Position numbers and translations under genes: made by a program. From an uncultured Alphaproteobacteria bacterium (GTDB lineage Bacteria > Pseudomonadota > Alphaproteobacteria > Rs-D84), in assembly GCA_934232895.1 (NCBI GenBank), contig CAKQGH010000001.1, forward strand, positions 3,635 to 67,634: DNA of 64,000 bases, in the 5' to 3' direction. How positions within the stretch are numbered: position 1 is the first letter of the stretch; each line of letters starts with the position of its first letter. Shown here in pieces: positions 62,167-64,000 of the stretch. Below the pieces are notes generated by a model. That model made no database searches. It was not told the origin of the DNA and saw nothing but the letters and a program-made list of their open reading frames with translations.

Positions 62167-63795
62167 TCAACTGTGCAATTTCAAGAAAGATTTTAATAAT
62201 GTTCGTGGCGAATATTGATGTTTATTTATCGGTGTTAAATCTTTATCAATTCCCATCAGATAATACACCGCCCGCTGTGCGGCACGTACAGAATATTCCA
62301 TGGTGAAAACCACATCGTCTGGCTGCTCGGCGAACTGGCTGACAAATGCAAAGTTTTCATACCCATGTGGATTCACATCTGGGCGGTCACCCGGGCGCCG
62401 CGGTTGGAATTGCGAATTGATATACGGCATAATGCATGTACGACAAATGACACCACGCATCATATCCGCCTGCTGCTTTTTAGGCACATGTAAATGCCCC
62501 ATCAATTCGGTCATTATTTCGCGACCAGTACATTTGTACATCGGCTTTTTGACATAATCACCATCAACAAACATATTCAAAGAATATCCCCAAAATATAT
62601 TTGTATCGGCTGGCTGATTTTTGAAATGTGGTTGGCGCGCAACAACAATAGACAGGCGCCACGCCGATTCGCGGAATGTCAGCAATGCCCCGCCACCCGG
62701 ATGATTTGTGGTGAATTTTTGAATATATCCCAATACATCGGGGTTGTTATTTATAGTTGTCGTAAATGACATCCACATACTTTCATCGGGACGGCCACAA
62801 AATACATCTGGGTCGCCAAATTCCGGTCGACCGCGCGCAATACGGCGCCACAGTTCGAACGATGGTGCCGTTTTATCACGATTGTATTTCGCAACTGTGT
62901 CGGTGGTGGCCTCGTCCGAATTATCGGTCATACAACCATTAGTAAACAAAACTATGTCGGTTGGTTTTACCTTTATTGTGCGTTCTTTGCCGCCCTTTTC
63001 TGTGTATAGAATTTTATCAGCAACATTATTTCCCGATTTATCGGTCACAAAGTTTATGTCTGTCACGGTTGTGTTTAATGAAATCTGCACACCATGCTGG
63101 GTCAACCATTCTGATATTGGACGAACAACCGAATCATATTGATTAAACGCCGTACGCGCGACACCCGCCAATGTGTGTATACGCGGGAATTCATGCATAA
63201 AGCGCAACATATACCGACGCAATTCCGCCGCACTGGACCACGGTTGAAACGCAAATGTCGTTTGCCACATCAACCAGAAATTAGTATTGAAAAAATGCTT
63301 GCCAAAAACCTCGTCAATGCGTTTGGCGCCCAGTGATTCCTCGCTTTCCATCAGAATCAGTTTTTCCATATCCAATCTGTCAGATGTGGAAAATCCCATG
63401 CGCGTCACATTAACTTTGGACCCATCGGCGTTTACCAACCGCGCACGCGAATGCGTTTTGAATTCGTCATTAAAATTCAAAAACTCACGTTCCATATCCA
63501 TCCCATCAAATTCAATAGACGGAACCGCACTTATCATATCTTGGAAACATTCGTATGTCGGAATGTTTAACATTCGGCCACCGCGTATCATATATCCACG
63601 ACGGGCGTCACCGGAACCATCCAAACTGCCCCCGGCAACAGGCAATGTTTCCAATATGTGAATATTTTTGCCCGGCACATGCGCATCGCGAATTAAATAA
63701 ACCGATGCCGCCAATGCCCCAATACCGCCGCCCACGATATATACATTTGTATCGGACGCACGACGCTTTATTAAACTTTTTCCTGTTTTTGCCAT
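62167..63795 (-). CDS. Oleate hydratase (MCRA family, FAD-dependent)
   Basis: 542 aa; N-terminal FAD fold VYIVGGGIGALAASVYLIRD and a long conserved region typical of myosin-cross-reactive-antigen hydratases (GGRML, TTFAFQPWSSA). Confidence 0.8.
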   Translation of the reverse strand: MAKTGKSLIKRRASDTNVYIVGGGIGALAASVYLIRDAHVPGKNIHILETLPVAGGSLDGSGDARRGYMIRGGRMLNIPTYECFQDMISAVPSIEFDGMDMEREFLNFNDEFKTHSRARLVNADGSKVNVTRMGFSTSDRLDMEKLILMESEESLGAKRIDEVFGKHFFNTNFWLMWQTTFAFQPWSSAAELRRYMLRFMHEFPRIHTLAGVARTAFNQYDSVVRPISEWLTQHGVQISLNTTVTDINFVTDKSGNNVADKILYTEKGGKERTIKVKPTDIVLFTNGCMTDNSDEATTDTVAKYNRDKTAPSFELWRRIARGRPEFGDPDVFCGRPDESMWMSFTTTINNNPDVLGYIQKFTTNHPGGGALLTFRESAWRLSIVVARQPHFKNQPADTNIFWGYSLNMFVDGDYVKKPMYKCTGREIMTELMGHLHVPKKQQADMMRGVICRTCIMPYINSQFQPRRPGDRPDVNPHGYENFAFVSQFAEQPDDVVFTMEYSVRAAQRAVYYLMGIDKDLTPINKHQYSPRTLLKSFLKLHS

Positions 63796-63876
63796 AATAT
63801 ATCCCCCTTGGTTTTATCAAAATAATAACAATTCATTCATTACATTATCCACAGGATACAAATCATAAAAAACACC

Positions 63877-63896
63877 GGAAACAATGCACATAGCGC
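63877..63896. repeat. GGAAACAATGCACATAGCGC motif copy
   Basis: Exact match to 61579..61598. Confidence 0.8.
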
Positions 63897-63924
63897 ATAA
63901 AAACACCCGCAACAATGCGGGTGT
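63897..63924 (-). terminator. Terminator of the gene entering from the right edge
   Basis: ACACCCGC-AACAAT-GCGGGTGT hairpin, T-run on the minus strand. Confidence 0.5.
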
Positions 63925-63945
63925 TTTCGGCGCAAGATATTTATA

Positions 63946-64000
63946 TCAGAACATAAATCTGATACCAACATCGCCACCAAAATTATGCAGACCGGAATTG
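63946..64000 (-). CDS. 3' end (last 17 codons) of an outer-membrane-barrel-like gene lying right of the window
   Basis: Manual minus-strand translation ...NSGLHNFGGDVGIRFMF-stop; the terminal Phe after alternating residues is OMP-like; the fragment is too short to be sure. Confidence 0.3.
   Translation of the reverse strand, partial: NSGLHNFGGDVGIRFMF

Noticed and set aside
63845-63853. Perfect DnaA box TTATCCACA upstream of the oleate hydratase gene
   Set aside because: It is a single isolated box with no cluster, no AT-rich unwinding element and no replication genes nearby. It most likely occurs by chance or is a minor regulatory site.

Overview
Chromosomal window from a compact, moderately AT-rich diderm bacterium. 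The gene content looks alphaproteobacterium-like (acpP-fabF...mltG, tolB, pal, ftsEX, parE, dnaA, gatCAB, sufBC), but that taxon call is only my inference. I support about 62 protein genes and 2 tRNAs (Pro-CGG, Phe-GAA). I found no rRNA, CRISPR array, IS element or intact prophage. Most genes are housekeeping: lipid synthesis (fabF, acpP, plsC, plsY, pgsA), translation (lepA, rbfA, efp, rpsT, gatCAB, miaB, a pseudouridine synthase), replication and repair (dnaA, dnaN, parE, uvrC, dprA, ruvX), envelope and division (mltG, tolB, pal, ftsEX, an AsmA-like protein), Fe-S assembly (sufBC), dnaJ, ppa and fba. The unusual content, roughly in order of interest: (1) A six-gene minus-strand operon (10737..16784) encodes a small OM beta-barrel plus five paralogous, signal-peptide-bearing, tail-fibre-like repeat proteins with shared N- and C-terminal motifs. 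One member carries a perfect 284-bp tandem duplication. This is my best candidate for an undescribed surface-fibre system. (2) A 79-aa GIY-YIG nuclease cassette sits at the anticodon of tRNA-Pro, and a 36-nt copy of the tRNA 5' half flanks it on the upstream side. (3) An integrase-like ORF appears to have lost its catalytic residues and lies beside three tandem Cys-motif paralogs. (4) Several families of GC-rich palindromic or hairpin repeats and terminator-plus-low-complexity modules fill the longer intergenic regions (10008..10736, 20343..20658 and others). (5) There are scattered orphan secretion and pilus parts: a PilL/TcpQ-like plus PilN-like secretin pair, a lone type IV pilin, and a lone VirB2/TrbC-like pilin. 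(6) There are also an orphan CopG/BrnA-type antitoxin-like gene, a DUF3781 gene with two tandem paralogs, Cys-rich secreted proteins flanking dnaA-dprA, a SodC-like lipoprotein lacking the His ligands, and a tRNA-Phe lying antisense between gatA and gatB. All functional calls rest on motifs I recognise by eye in the ORF track. No database search was run.
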